34,314 bases of DNA from Octopus bimaculoides (Eukaryota): assembly GCF_001194135.2 (NCBI RefSeq), contig NC_068996.1:27424738-27459051 (forward strand), read 5' to 3'. Both the position numbers and the translations under genes were made by a program. Below the pieces are notes generated by a model. It saw only the letters and a program-made list of their open reading frames with translations, did not search any database and was not told where the DNA came from. Shown here in pieces: positions 11,881 through 23,609 of this stretch (positions within the stretch are counted from its first letter, which is position 1; each line of letters starts with the position of its first letter).

Positions 11881-12360
11881 TTTTTTTTTTGTTTTTTTTT
11901 TTTAAATCATTGGTCCACACCACAATGTTTCAGCACGCTCCCAGCATTACCACGAGCAATGGCGAGGATAAGTCATTGGGAAAGCCAAGCGCCCTCACGG
12001 GCATCACTTGACACCTCAATGAGGCGAGCTGCCAACGTTGACAAGAACTTTGGTTAGTGGCCCAGTCCCTCTGAACGTCTCAAATGCTACAGGTTGGAAG
12101 AGCTAGTTCGCTGTCAGGTCCCGATACTTCAGGGTTTTCTTCCGTTCGGCTACGGAAGCAATGACCCTCCTATTAATTGCAGCATCCAGGATGTGGGAGG
12201 GTGCAAAGGAATCACAGACTGTGATATCCTAAATGAGTTACCTGCGACAGTAAAGGACATGAATGACCCCCAACGACTCCAGAAATGAGGGGGATATCAA
12301 TTTGAGCCAGGGTCCGCTTAATGACTAGGTTTAGCTCGGTGTGACGAGCGAATCGTCCCC
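11881..12360 (-). mobile_element. 5'-truncated CRE-like non-LTR retrotransposon with poly(A) tail
   Basis: Minus translation GRFARHTELNLVIKRTLAQIDIP...(W)DITVCDSFAPSH...ASVAERKKTLKYRDL..FQPVAFET...RLIEVSSDAREGAWLSQ.LILAIARGNAGSVL, then a stop and an A-run at 11881-11903. This is the motif series of CRE-clade RLE domains. Confidence 0.82.
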
Positions 12361-13073
12361 ACTAATGTATTTTCAAAGGTTGCTAGTTTTGTCTCCCATA
12401 TGTCTGTTCGGACACTGAAAATAGCTAAGAATTCCGCAGTGTTTATCTATACTTTCGTTGGCAATAATTTCGCACCAAAATGATAAATTTCTCTAACAGT
12501 ATATCACTAACACTGAAGTCATATTTTATGTTGTATTCAATGGGGCTTCAAAAGTTTAAATATTTGCCATCACGATGTAGCAGAGGTTTTTCTATATTCT
12601 GTTCTTCAACTTTCAAAACATGCTGTTACGTTTTAAATGTTCTTTTATGAACAAGAGAAAGGTATTTATTTTTTCATTTTAATTACTGCTTTGCATGTTT
12701 CTTAGTTACAACCTTGAAAAATCGTTCGTTTTATTTAATCAATAGAAACTCGATAATAAATTATAGCATTATATTATTCGGGTAATCTTCAAGTTTAGGG
12801 GGGTATAAAAGTAAATAAAAATATTCAAGGGAAATAACTGAACGACTTACCAGTATTATCCGTTTTCTTTTAGCTGTTTATAAATAAATCACGTACGTGT
12901 TTTTTTTTGTTTTTTTTTCTAAAACAGCATGCGACGGAAGGAGAACTTTGTCGATGGAAATGATAATGAAATTCAACAGATATTTATTAGATATTTATTC
13001 AAGGGTCAGCATGCAGTTCTAGAAATTCACCTACTGTACGAACAGTATGAACCTCAATAGCGTACAGTTGATA

Positions 13074-14257
13074 TATTGGGTTGAGTCATAAATAATTTCC
13101 GGTCTTGCTAAACACCTTCATTCATGAAAAATTTTTACAAAGAAATATTTTCAATTGTCACTATAGTTGCCATTATTTTGAGTGACCACTTAGGTAGCTT
13201 CCTGATAATCCTCAAGCAAAATTCAGCTAGCTTCGACATGGAACTTTTCACAAACGTTTTCACAAACGTGATAGTTTAGAGAAAATATTTTCATCAGAGC
13301 ATTTTGTAGAAATCGAAAAAGATGGAAATTAGTTGGTGCAAGGTTTGGTGAAAATGATGGACCCTGCATGATTCTGGCTGACAGTAACCTTGCGTTATCA
13401 TGGTGAAGCACAATGTTTCTCCTATTGACGAGTGCAGGGCGTTTTCTTGAAAGATTTTCATGCACACGTTGCAGTTGTTGAGAGTAAGTTAACATTTAGT
13501 GTTTGATTGTGGTTTCAAAATGAATAATACTGCGGTGATCCCACCATACACACAACATAACCTTCCTTCTATGGAAGTCAGTCTTTGAGGTATGTTGTAG
13601 AGATTTATCCTTATCAAAGTTCAATACCTTTCGCATTGAACGTTGTCATAAAAGATCCATTTTTCATCACCTGCAATATTATTGAGAAACGGGTCATTTC
13701 TCTGCCTTGAAAGAAGATTTGTCGCTATGGACATGCGATCTTCCCTATTCTTACAAGTATAGGGAACCCAAGCACCCAGCTTATTGACTTCTATTTCCAA
13801 GTGGCAGCAGATGGTGGATTGGGATGTGTTTTAGTTAATTGCTAATTCCTGAGTACTTTTCTGAGGAGTGAATTTCAATAATTCCCTTAAAGCATCCTCA
13901 TCGATGAGCGTCCTGGTTGGAGTTGATCTCTCGATGACAAATCTCCAGAATGAAACTTTGAAAACCAATTTCAAACTTGACGGTCAGTAATGACACATTG
14001 GCCATTAAAACTGCATATTTTCCACGCTCTTTCTGTAGCATTTTTTCCATTCTTAAACTCTCACAACATCACATGTCGAATATACACATCCATTTTAAGG
14101 AAGTGAAATTTAATATTAAACTATGATGTGCTGCTTAAATATGAGTGACAGACGAGGCTCTTTCAAAAGCATTCGTTTCAGTTTTAAAACATCTGAAGTT
14201 CGAAATGCGTTGTTAAAATTTACTTCCAAATATTGGAAACTATAACTCAATCCAATA
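13074..14257 (-). mobile_element. Near full-length degraded mariner transposon (DD34D type)
   Basis: Imperfect TIRs tattgggttgagtcata at 13074 (after TA) and tataactcaatccaata ending 14257. Minus translation IRHVML.EFKNGKNA...GDEKWIFYDN...KVMLCVWWD...LHHDNAR...SPNLAPTNFHLF. Confidence 0.9.
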
Positions 14258-16619
14258 CATTGTTTGTTCGTTTAATTAACATATGTTGATGCCTTTTGTC
14301 TATTTTGTCACTTACACGAATGCATTTGATAAAGTACTAGATTCTTTTTTTGTTTTGGACAAATAGAAAAATCATGATTGGTCGTGAGTATGCTTAAAAA
14401 TATACTAAATATTTTTTTTTAGTGAATACACACAGAGGTTGACTTAGCAGTTTGGGGGTTTTACATTGCTTTTTCCTTGGTGTCATTAGATTTAATTTCA
14501 AACAGCAATGTGAAAGAATTTATCGTTATCAATCGGTTACTGTCTTCTATTTTTCATTTTGTATGAGGTGTATCGTTAGAATATGTTATCTAATGTCTCC
14601 AACAACGTCTTTTTGGAACTAGTGAATGTCTCGTATTGATGCTGTCATAGGTGAAGGGATATGCAGGAAAAGTTACTGGTCTGAGTTAATGACGTGGCCA
14701 AATCACTTGTGCCTGACTACATAATTTGTCCCTTAGATTTTNNNNNNNNNNNNNNNNNNNNNNNNNNNNNNNNNNNNNNNNNNNNNNNNNNNNNNNNNNN
14801 NNNNNNNNNNNNNNNNNNNNNNNNNNNNNNNNNNNNNNNNNTCGAGCATTCTTCATTTTATGGTAAAGTATGGCAATGTCTTTTTTTTAATCCTTACTAT
14901 CTGCGCAGCTGAACTTGGCTCATTGCTATGCGAAACAGTGCTTTAGAGTAATAATAATTGATGTTCAAATGGTTTCAGTCCGTATCTCGTTAATGCTGGA
15001 TTGTAAACTGCTTTCTTTTGGTAAAAATGAAAGACTGCTACCTTTTGTTCTTGCGTGTCTGCTTGGACACTGAAAATAGCTAAAAATTCATCAGAGGTGA
15101 ACATATGTGCTGACCATCTTAACGCACTTTAAAACTTTTTTCTGGAGATAATTCGATCCTAAAGTGATGAATTGCACCAACTTCATATTCCTGTCTTTGT
15201 TGGAAAATTGAATGAGGTCAAATGTTATAAGCTATATTCTTCAGGCTTCTAAAGTTGGTCTTATGTATTGACCAATGCGAAGTAGCACAGGAACGTTTGT
15301 ATTTTATGCTTTGACTTAAAAAAAAANNNNNNNNNNNNNNNNNNNNNNNNNNNNNNNNNNNNNNNNNNNNNNNNNNNNNNNNNNNNNNNNNNNNNNNNNN
15401 NNNNNNNNNNNNNNNNNNNNNNNNNNNNNNNNNNNNNNNNNNNNNNNNNNNNNNNNNNNNNNNNNNNNNNNNNNNNNNNNNNNNNNNNNNNNNNNNNNNN
15501 NNNNNNNNNNNNNNNNNNNNNNNNNNNNNNNNNNNNNNNNNNNNNNNNNNNNNNNNNNNNNNNNNNNNNNNNNNNNNNNNNNNNNNNNNNNNNNNNNNNN
15601 NNNNNNNNNNNNNNNNNNNNNNNNNNNNNNNNNNNNNNNNNNNNNNNNNNNNNNNNNNNNNNNNNNNNNNNNNNNNNNNNNNNNNNNNNNNNNNNNNNNN
15701 NNNNNNNNNNNNNNNNNNNNNNNNNNNNNNNNNNNNNNNNNNNNNNNNNNNNNNNNNNNNNNNNNNNNNNNNNNNNNNNNNNNNNNNNNNNNNNNNNNNN
15801 NNNNNNNNNNNNNNNNNNNNNNNNNNNNNNNNNNNNNNNNNNNNNNNNNNNNNNNNNNNNNNNNNNNNNNNNNNNNNNNNNNNNNNNNNNNNNNNNNNNN
15901 NNNNNNNNNNNNNNNNNNNNNNNNNNNNNNNNNNNNNNNNNNNNNNNNNNNNNNNNNNNNNNNNNNNNNNNNNNNNNNNNNNNNNNNNNNNNNNNNNNNN
16001 NNNNNNNNNNNNNNNNNNNNNNNNNNNNNNNNNNNNNNNNNNNNNNNNNNNNNNNNNNNNNNNNNNNNNNNNNNNNNNNNNNNNNNNNNNNNNNNNNNNN
16101 NNNNNNNNNNNNNNNNNNNNNNNNNNNNNNNNNNNNNNNNNNNNNNNNNNNNNNNNNNNNNNNNNNNNNNNNNNNNNNNNNNNNNNNNNNNNNNNNNNNN
16201 NNNNNNNNNNNNNNNNNNNNNNNNNNNNNNNNNNNNNNNNNNNNNNNNNNNNNNNNNNNNNNNNTAGCTAAGAATTCCGCAGTGTTTATCTATACTTTCG
16301 TTGGCAATAATTTCTCACCAAAATGATAAATTTCTCTAACAGTATATCACTAACACTGGCTTCAAAAGTTTAAATATTTGCCCTCACGATGAAGCAGAGG
16401 TTTTCTATAGGTAATCTTCAAGTTTAGAATGTAAAAACAGTAAATAAAAATATTCAAGGGAAATAATTGAACGGCTTACCAGTATTCGTTTTCTTTTAGC
16501 TGTTTATAAATAAATCACACACGTTTTTTTTTTCTAAAACCGCGACGGAAGGAGAGAACTTTGTCGATGGAAATGATTCGAATTAGAAAGTTTTGGGGTG
16601 CTGGGTAACATCTCTAATG

Positions 16620-16722
16620 ACTTTTGAGGCACGCCAGCCCGTTTGCTGCGCTGCCGCGGGTGATGGCAAGGTGATGCGCTGGAACAACTAAGCGCCCTCA
16701 CGAGCGTCACCAGTTACCTCTG
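16620..16722 (-). mobile_element. CRE-like C-terminal fragment
   Basis: Minus translation EVTGDAREGA*LFQRI/SLAITRGSAA; homologous to 11935-12015. Confidence 0.65.
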
Positions 16723-17182
16723 CTATATTAAAATGTTTGTCGTGAAGTTTATAAACACCATAACGGGTCGATCCCATTGCGCTGCAACTTTTGAGCAACT
16801 GTTATGTTGTCAAGAGTGGAATGTGAAGAAAAAGGAATTGGAGAAATGGTTGGGTTAAATGTTATATGCTGTATCTTGTTTTGGACAAATAGAAAAATCA
16901 TGATTGTTCGTGGGTATGCTTAAAATATACTAAATATTATTATTTTTTTTTTTTTTAGTGAATACATACAGGTTGACTTTGCAGTTTGTTGATGTTACAT
17001 TGCTTTTTCCTTGGTGTCATTAGATTTAATTTCAAGCAGCAATGTGAAAGAATTAATCGTTATCAATCGATTACTGTTTTCTATTTTTCATTTTGTGTGA
17101 GGTGTATCGTTAGAATATGTTATCTAATGTCTCCAACAACGTCTTTTTGGAACTAGTGAATGTCTCGTATTGATGCTGACAT

Positions 17183-17470
17183 TGTGGTGTGTGCGTACGA
17201 GTAGATGTAATCGCCTTACCTCGGTTTTCCTTTCCTCGACTGCGAGTCCGTCTTGCGGTATCCGATCCTTGAAGCTTGCGCCGACCCAAGGTACACCAGG
17301 TATAGCAGCTGCTTCTCCCAAACCTAGACCGTCGCTTAACACGTCTTGTCCTGACCGCAGCCCCGTTCGAAAAGGGCACGAACGCCGATCGAGGCTCCCT
17401 CTGCGCTGTTTCCCCTTCCGGTCGACTCGCCCTTCTGGTCAGCCTCCCCAGACACTGACGTCATACCACA
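17183..17470. mobile_element. Solo LTR, 288 bp, with 5-bp target-site duplication GACAT
   Basis: Starts TGTGGTGTG and ends CATACCACA (TG...CA, 8/9 inverted match). GACAT flanks it at 17178-17182 and 17471-17475. GC-rich, and absent from the paralogous site near 14645. Confidence 0.88.
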
Positions 17471-18271
17471 GACATCATGTTTGATGTTCTGGCAGATGCT
17501 AGCTAGAGCTAGGTGAAGGGATATGCAGGAAAAGTTATTGGTCTGAGTTAATCACGTGGCCAAATCACTTGTGCCTGACTACATAATTTGTCCCTTAGAT
17601 TTTATGGTTCACATTCTATGCAGGTTGTTTTCATTGCTAGAAGAATTAGAAAACAGAATTGCTTTTGAAGTTGGATTTTTTAAATATCTACGAACATTGA
17701 GTATATTTTTTGTTGCGCACTTTTCCTTCGCAGTGTGTATCTAGTGAAAGACATTGAAAAGGATCAAGTTTCTTTCTCTGCAATATATTACTAGTTTTGT
17801 CTTGCACATTTATGTTCGGATACTGAGAATAGCTCAGAAACCTTAAGTGGTTAATATTTTCTTAATTTTTTTGTTGGAAAGTAATTCCAAACTAAATATC
17901 GCTATCTTTCTTAAAATGAGGTCATGTTTTTTTGTGACGTCTAAAGTTTGCCGTAAATATTTGCCATCACAAAGTAGCAGAGGTTTCCCACCAGACATTT
18001 TTGTAGTAGATTGTATAGGTAAAGGATATGCAAAAAATTTACCAGTGTACAAGTTATATCACTTGTACCAGGTTACAGTTTTTCCCCTTAAATTCTGTGC
18101 TTCAAATTCTAAGTGGGCCAATGTTTTTTCCATTGCTGATAGGCTCAGCAAATAGAATTTGTCTTCTGTGTGTCTGTTCGGACACAGGAAATAGTGAAGA
18201 ATCCTTCCAGGTGTGACAAAGTTTTTACAGACCTTTCAACATTAAAATGAATTTCCCCAACAAGATATCGT

Positions 18272-18883
18272 GGATCTATTTTAAAACGGGGGCCACAGTA
18301 TTTTCTTAATGAAACACTTTGAAACTTGGAACACTGGTAGAATGTGTCATATAAAACATCTTTTTCTCTTAGTCTTCTTAAAAAAAAAAGAAATCCCTAA
18401 GTTATTCCATGTTAAAGTTGTCGTATTTCTGTAATTTCAACCAACTACCATTCAGCCGTTATGCATTAAGTGCCGACTACATAAACAAACGATTCTGAAA
18501 CAATTCTATCAGTGATAAAATTATTTCCTTGTCAAAAAATGGCTGAAGCATATTGGCAGTAGTTAATAAACCTTTCTATTATAGGCTAACCCTAGGGTTA
18601 GGGTTAGGGTAAAACAGCAAATTTAAAAAGAAAAAAGCAAATAAAACGAAGCAAAAGAAAATGAAAAAAGCAAGAAGTTTTGGAGATTAAATACGCTTTA
18701 CACCGCTTAATCAGCCAAAGGAGTAAATGTAAACAACTGAATACTTGTCAGTGATTGGTTGAAATTATCGAAATAAGACAATTTTTTACATGAAATAAAT
18801 TTGAATACAAAAATATTTTGTATTCGAAAAAACACTACGTAAAACATTAATGAAGACTGTGGCCCCCGTTTTAAAATAGATCC
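18272..18883. mobile_element. MITE / non-autonomous DNA transposon with perfect 28-bp TIRs
   Basis: GGATCTATTTTAAAACGGGGGCCACAGT at 18272-18299 and its exact reverse complement at 18856-18883; non-coding AT-rich interior. Confidence 0.88.
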
Positions 18884-19240
18884 GATATCATTATTGTCAT
18901 GTGGGACAAGTATTAAATGCTATATTTGTGATGCTCCTGAAGTTGGTCTTCAAAATGTAATAGTGGTATATTTGTGTTCTACTTTTTGGCTTTCTAAAAA
19001 TCATACTGCGAAGTTTTTTCCTCTTTTTGTAGAAAAATGTAAATTTTCTCCATTTCATGATTGCTTTCCAGATAGAATCATATTGTCATGATTTACTTGG
19101 GTATCCTGAAATTACTTGTTACAGTTTTCTCATGTGTGTACACACACAGGTCAAGTACTATGTTTGAAGAAGGTATTATACTTCCTTTTCAATGATGTCA
19201 TGATTACATTTATATTTAAGCATGTAACATTTAAACTTAC

Positions 19241-19318
19241 CAAAATCTGATCCAAATGCTGTGTGTTTTATGTTCAGACTTGCCAGATCCAGCCTCTCTC
19301 GCCTACTCTACTGTCATT
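19241..19318 (-). other. Candidate 78-nt non-coding exon
   Basis: Minus strand gttattgcttattttcAG|AATGAC...GATTTTG|GTAAGT; strong acceptor and donor, but stops in all three frames. Confidence 0.35.
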
Positions 19319-20384
19319 CTGAAAATAAGCAATAACATCATTGACATCTCAAACCTAGAAGACAATGCATAATGGAAATAAATATTGACTGAGTAATCTG
19401 AATGCGGTGACCATCCCAGCTTTTCTTTGATGCTGGCAATTGTAGCACTGTATTATTTAAAGTCTTTGCCCTTATTTTTCACATTTTTCAAGATGGTAAA
19501 ATGTGATCCGAGTAGTTTGACTGCAAATTTCATGAGTACTTTATTTTTTCACTATACAGTTTAAATTCTTATATTTTGACATTCGCTGGTATTTATTTTT
19601 GTAAAGCGCTTGTTTGTTCGGTTGTTACTTACAGCCTATTTTATTTAATTGCATGATAATTTCAACAAGCAATGCTACTCAAATTAAGTGCAATTCTGCA
19701 CAACTTTCATGAGCTGAAACAAAGCTTTTACCACTCTTAACTCTATGCTTATTTCTCAAGCAACTTTTATGACTAGATTTACTTAGAATGCATTAAGGAT
19801 GTTGCCCTAATAAACTCTAGGGTCTAAGAAAAGCAAAAAGTTATTTTGAAATGGGCATAGTTTGCTTCGTATCCATGCGATTCTGTGTTTGGTTCCATTG
19901 CATTTTCGTAAACCATTTACCCTTTACACTTTTTTTGTAATCTCTTTCGACAGTTTTTTTGAGTGGTGAGGGGAAACTGAAATTAAAATTCCTTTTTAAA
20001 ACCCATTCACATTTAGAACGATTGCTATACGTAAATGGGTTGATGTTATCAGAGACTTTGCTACAAACACAACGGCCATTTTGGATGTTACATCCTTTGA
20101 ATTGGATTTTGAAGCTTTGAATAATAGTGATGGCTGAAAATAAAAATAAGCTGAAGTATTAAAATGTTTCATTGTTGTGCGTTTTACTATAATGTTAATT
20201 AAAAATATTCAATAGTTTAACATTTTAATTAAATACTTTAAAATTATTTCACTGATTCTACTTAGCTCAAGCTTGAACGAGTAAACTCAAGATCAAAAGC
20301 ATTCCAGCCAGAACCATACTGTTTTCTTTGATGGTGGCAGGTGTAGCACTGTATTATTAATGTCTTTGCCCTTATTTCTAATTT

Positions 20385-20760
20385 TTCTTTCTCAGGTAGT
20401 AAAATGTGATCTGAGAGGATTAACTGAATGACAGGTTTAAACATTTTCAGGTGGTAAAATGTTACCAGAGAGGTTGAAGTACTTCAATTGTTTAAATTNN
20501 NNNNNNNNNNNNNNNNNNNNNNNNNNNNNNNNNNNNNNNNNNNNNNNNNNNNNNNNNNNNNNNNNNNNNNNNNNNNNNNNNNNNNNNNNNNNNNNNNNGG
20601 TGGTAAAATGTTACCAGAGAGGTTGAAGTACTTCAATTGTTTAAATTTCAGATGGTAAAATGTGAAGCAATTAAACCTTTCCAATCATATTTTACCGCCT
20701 GAAAAAATTTAAACAAACAACACAGTTTAACCTCTCCAGTGACATTCTACCATTTCATTG
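20385..20760. repeat. Degenerate ~45-50-bp tandem modules (tcag.tggtaaaatgt...) plus one inverted copy
   Basis: The core ggtaaaatgt recurs at ~20396, 20453, 20602 and 20654 (also ~19496). The tract at ~20727-20756 is reverse-complementary to the unit. Confidence 0.6.
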
Positions 20761-23216
20761 AAATGAAGCTGTTAAAACTTTCAAATCACGGGCTAAAAAT
20801 TTGTTGGGGGGGGGGGATAGTAAACTGTGATTTGAATGGTTTGACTGCTTCACTTGTTTACATTGTTTTGGTAGACTTTAATCTTAAACAAATTTTGTTT
20901 TCTTATCTTTGANNNNNNNNNNNNNNNNNNNNNNNNNNNNNNNNNNNNNNNNNNNNNNNNNNNNNNNNNNNNNNNNNNNNNNNNNNNNNNNNNNNNNNNN
21001 NNNNNNNNNNNNNNNNNNNNNNNNNNNNNNNNNNNNNNNNNNNNNNNNNNNNNNNNNNNNNNNNNNNNNNNNNNNNNNNNNNNNNNNNNNNNNNNNNNNN
21101 NNNNNNNNNNNNNNNNNNNNNNNNNNNNNNNNNNNNNNNNNNNNNTGGTCAAAAGATTTCCTTAATTTTCCGGCAGGAACTGGTAACGTCAGTTAGAGAA
21201 CCACTGAATTAAGAGCTACCCTTTTTAATTCCAGGCAGGTGCTGTTATTCTGAAAGCAGGGTAGGTAGCAATTTAAAAAATAAAATTTGAACGATTTTTA
21301 AAAAATCCTAATCTCGATATTTTTGGAATATATTGGACTACATTGTTCAGTGTATCTTCTACTTAATAAAACATCTGCAGTGTGTGAACAGTGAGATTTT
21401 TGCCGTTATTTCTAGCAAGTCGACTAATCATATTGAGGCCTCCCACCCAGCTCGTTCTCGGTTCCACGTGTTCGTTGGGTGTCGATTAGCAGGTAAAGCA
21501 TATTAAAATTTATCTTTTTCCCTGATAACGTAGGAATTTCTTTATTAAAGAAAGAAATTGAGATTGAACAACTGAGGTGTCTGCTCAGATTCGATTCTAC
21601 TGCATGGCACATTGGGAATGTCTTCTAGTGTAGCCTCTGGTCGACCAATTTTCTGTGGAATTGGTCGATGGAAACTGTGTGGAAGCTTGTCACATAGTTT
21701 TAGGAAACTAATGAAGCGGTGATTTCGGATTTGCAATTTTTCTTGATTGTAGGTCGTGCTGAAGTTGCAGTCATAATGACGTACCCTAATGAATCGCATG
21801 ATAATTTCAATCCCTGATTCAATGCAAACTAAATGGAATCAAATGATGACAAAACAGAATTGCTTTCTGCGTTAAATTTAAGTTACTTTCAAGCGTTTCC
21901 TCTTTCTTTTTCTTTTTTTAACCTTAAACCTCTGAAGCTATCTCTTCTGGAGCGATAAGGAGTTAAAACATTATTGTAGATGAACAATGGAACAGTTTCT
22001 CCTTTTAATATTGTTTGTGCGTTCCAAAAAATGCACTAAAGATAACATACTAATTCAATTTATAAAGTCATCGTTATTGAGAATCAAATACAAATCTGGT
22101 CTTTTATTAAATTATGACTGGTTAAGTAAAACAATATCTAAAAGGGCTTGTCAATCCGCTCCAAAATAAAACTTTGTAATTTTTATGTTTATTTAAACCT
22201 GTTCAATTTTCAATTCAGTAAAATGAATTCATTAAAGAGAATTACTAATTATTCAACCTAGTTTGTTTCACGAACGTTACCCAATATATAATCTGAAGTC
22301 TCCCAATATACAGTTTCTGTTTATTGTTTGCTTAATGTAGAAGACAACACTTAAAATATAAAACAATGGAAAGTAAAGAACGAAATACTATTTAATAGAT
22401 AAAAATTTACATTTCTAATGCAGGGGCTGTTTGATCTTTATACATTTAAAGCTTCCAAAAGTAACTCCACGGTTTCGATATATTGGAGTGCAAAATGGTT
22501 CCTCTAGGAACCATTTTGGAACGCACAAAAAATATTAAAAGGGGGAAACTGTTCCATTGTTCATCTACAACAATGTTTTAACTCCTTATTGCTCAAGAAG
22601 AGATAGTTTAAGAGGTTTAAGGTTTCTAACTGACAAGTTGACTTTCTGAAACTCTGGTTTGTTTGATTTTCTTTTCTTTACTACATTATACAATACAATA
22701 AACTGGGACAAATAAATATATGAAGGATAAGGTAAATTAAAAGCGACCAAGTGGAGAGACGCTACAATGCCTACCAGATTCAGAACTAACTGATTTTTAT
22801 TTGGTTTATAACAGTGGCAATAGGTATTCCGACAATTTTTACTTGGCAGATATTTCTGGATTTATACATTGTTGCAATAATGGCTAAATGTTCTCCATGG
22901 TCTTCGTACAAAGAAGAGAAAAAAAACCCCTAATATCAGTAATTAGAAGTGATATGGAGACTCAACGATGAACAGAGGACTAGATGTAGAAAGAGCACTG
23001 GGTCTGCAGCCAGTAACGTTATGAAACAGTTTGAAAGTCAATCGGAAACGAGTGTTTATCACTTGTAGCGTAACATAGCTGTTCGGCAAATACCCATTGA
23101 TAAAATAAGTACCAAATTTAGAAATAATTACTAGGATCGATATACGTGATTAAATCTTTTGATGGCGGTACCTTAGCGTGGATGCAGTCCAATAATCAGT
23201 AAAAAAAAACCCAATA

Positions 23217-23250
23217 TACAGGGTTGGCCAAAAGTCATTAGACAATAAAT
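23217..23250 (+). mobile_element. Isolated Tc1-like terminal sequence
   Basis: TA-CAGGGTTGGCCAAAAGTCA resembles Tc1-type TIR starts; no partner TIR seen. Confidence 0.3.
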
Positions 23251-23289
23251 CAAAATTCCATATATACTTAATAATCAATTCAAGCTTTC

Positions 23290-23580
23290 AAGAATCTTAA
23301 AGGACGAATTCGTTCGAATAGAGATCTTACAAAAAAACACGCAGGTTGTAGTGTATAGGGCTTGTATACTTTCATCCCTTCTTTATTCTTATGAAACTTG
23401 GGTATAAGCACCTCAAATTATTAGAACGATTTCATCAGCGATGTTTGCGTTCTATACTAAAAATTAAATGGGTGCACTAAGTAGCGGATTCTGAAGTATT
23501 TGAGTGTGCTGGTGTGGATGGCATTGAAAATGAAATTCATGAACATAGACTTCGCTGAACTGGTCATCTAATACGGATTT
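23290..23580 (+). mobile_element. RTE-clade LINE ORF2 C-terminal fragment
   Basis: VVYRACILSSLLYSYETW...HLKLLERFHQRCLRSILKIKW...SEVFECAG...IE...HRLR*TGHLIR. Confidence 0.8.
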
Positions 23581-23609
23581 GAGTTACATTTTCATCTTGG
23601 GGGAAGAGA

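Larger units (their letters stand above)
11449..17700. repeat. Tandem segmental duplication, unit ~3.8 kb (copy A ~11449-15247, copy B ~15248-17700)
   Basis: Shared blocks in the same order: 11449-11520 = 15248-15320; 12422-12515 ~ 16264-16357; 12780-12963 ~ 16410-16575; 14350-14741 ~ 16878-17177 plus 17510-17603. Confidence 0.85.

Noticed and set aside
12094-12288. Plus-strand ORF with an apparent paralog at 10640-10735 (PFGYG motif)
   Set aside because: It is the antisense shadow of the CRE-like RLE frame, which carries recognisable motifs on the minus strand.
17110-17484. Arg-rich ORFs on both strands
   Set aside because: They arise from the GC-rich solo LTR and cross its boundaries.
18586-18610. 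Telomere or chromosome-fusion site
   Set aside because: Only about four units, located inside a TIR-bounded element.
20452-20645. Identical ~45-bp sequences on either side of a 100-N gap as a true duplication
   Set aside because: This is a typical unresolved contig-overlap pattern; copy number cannot be trusted.
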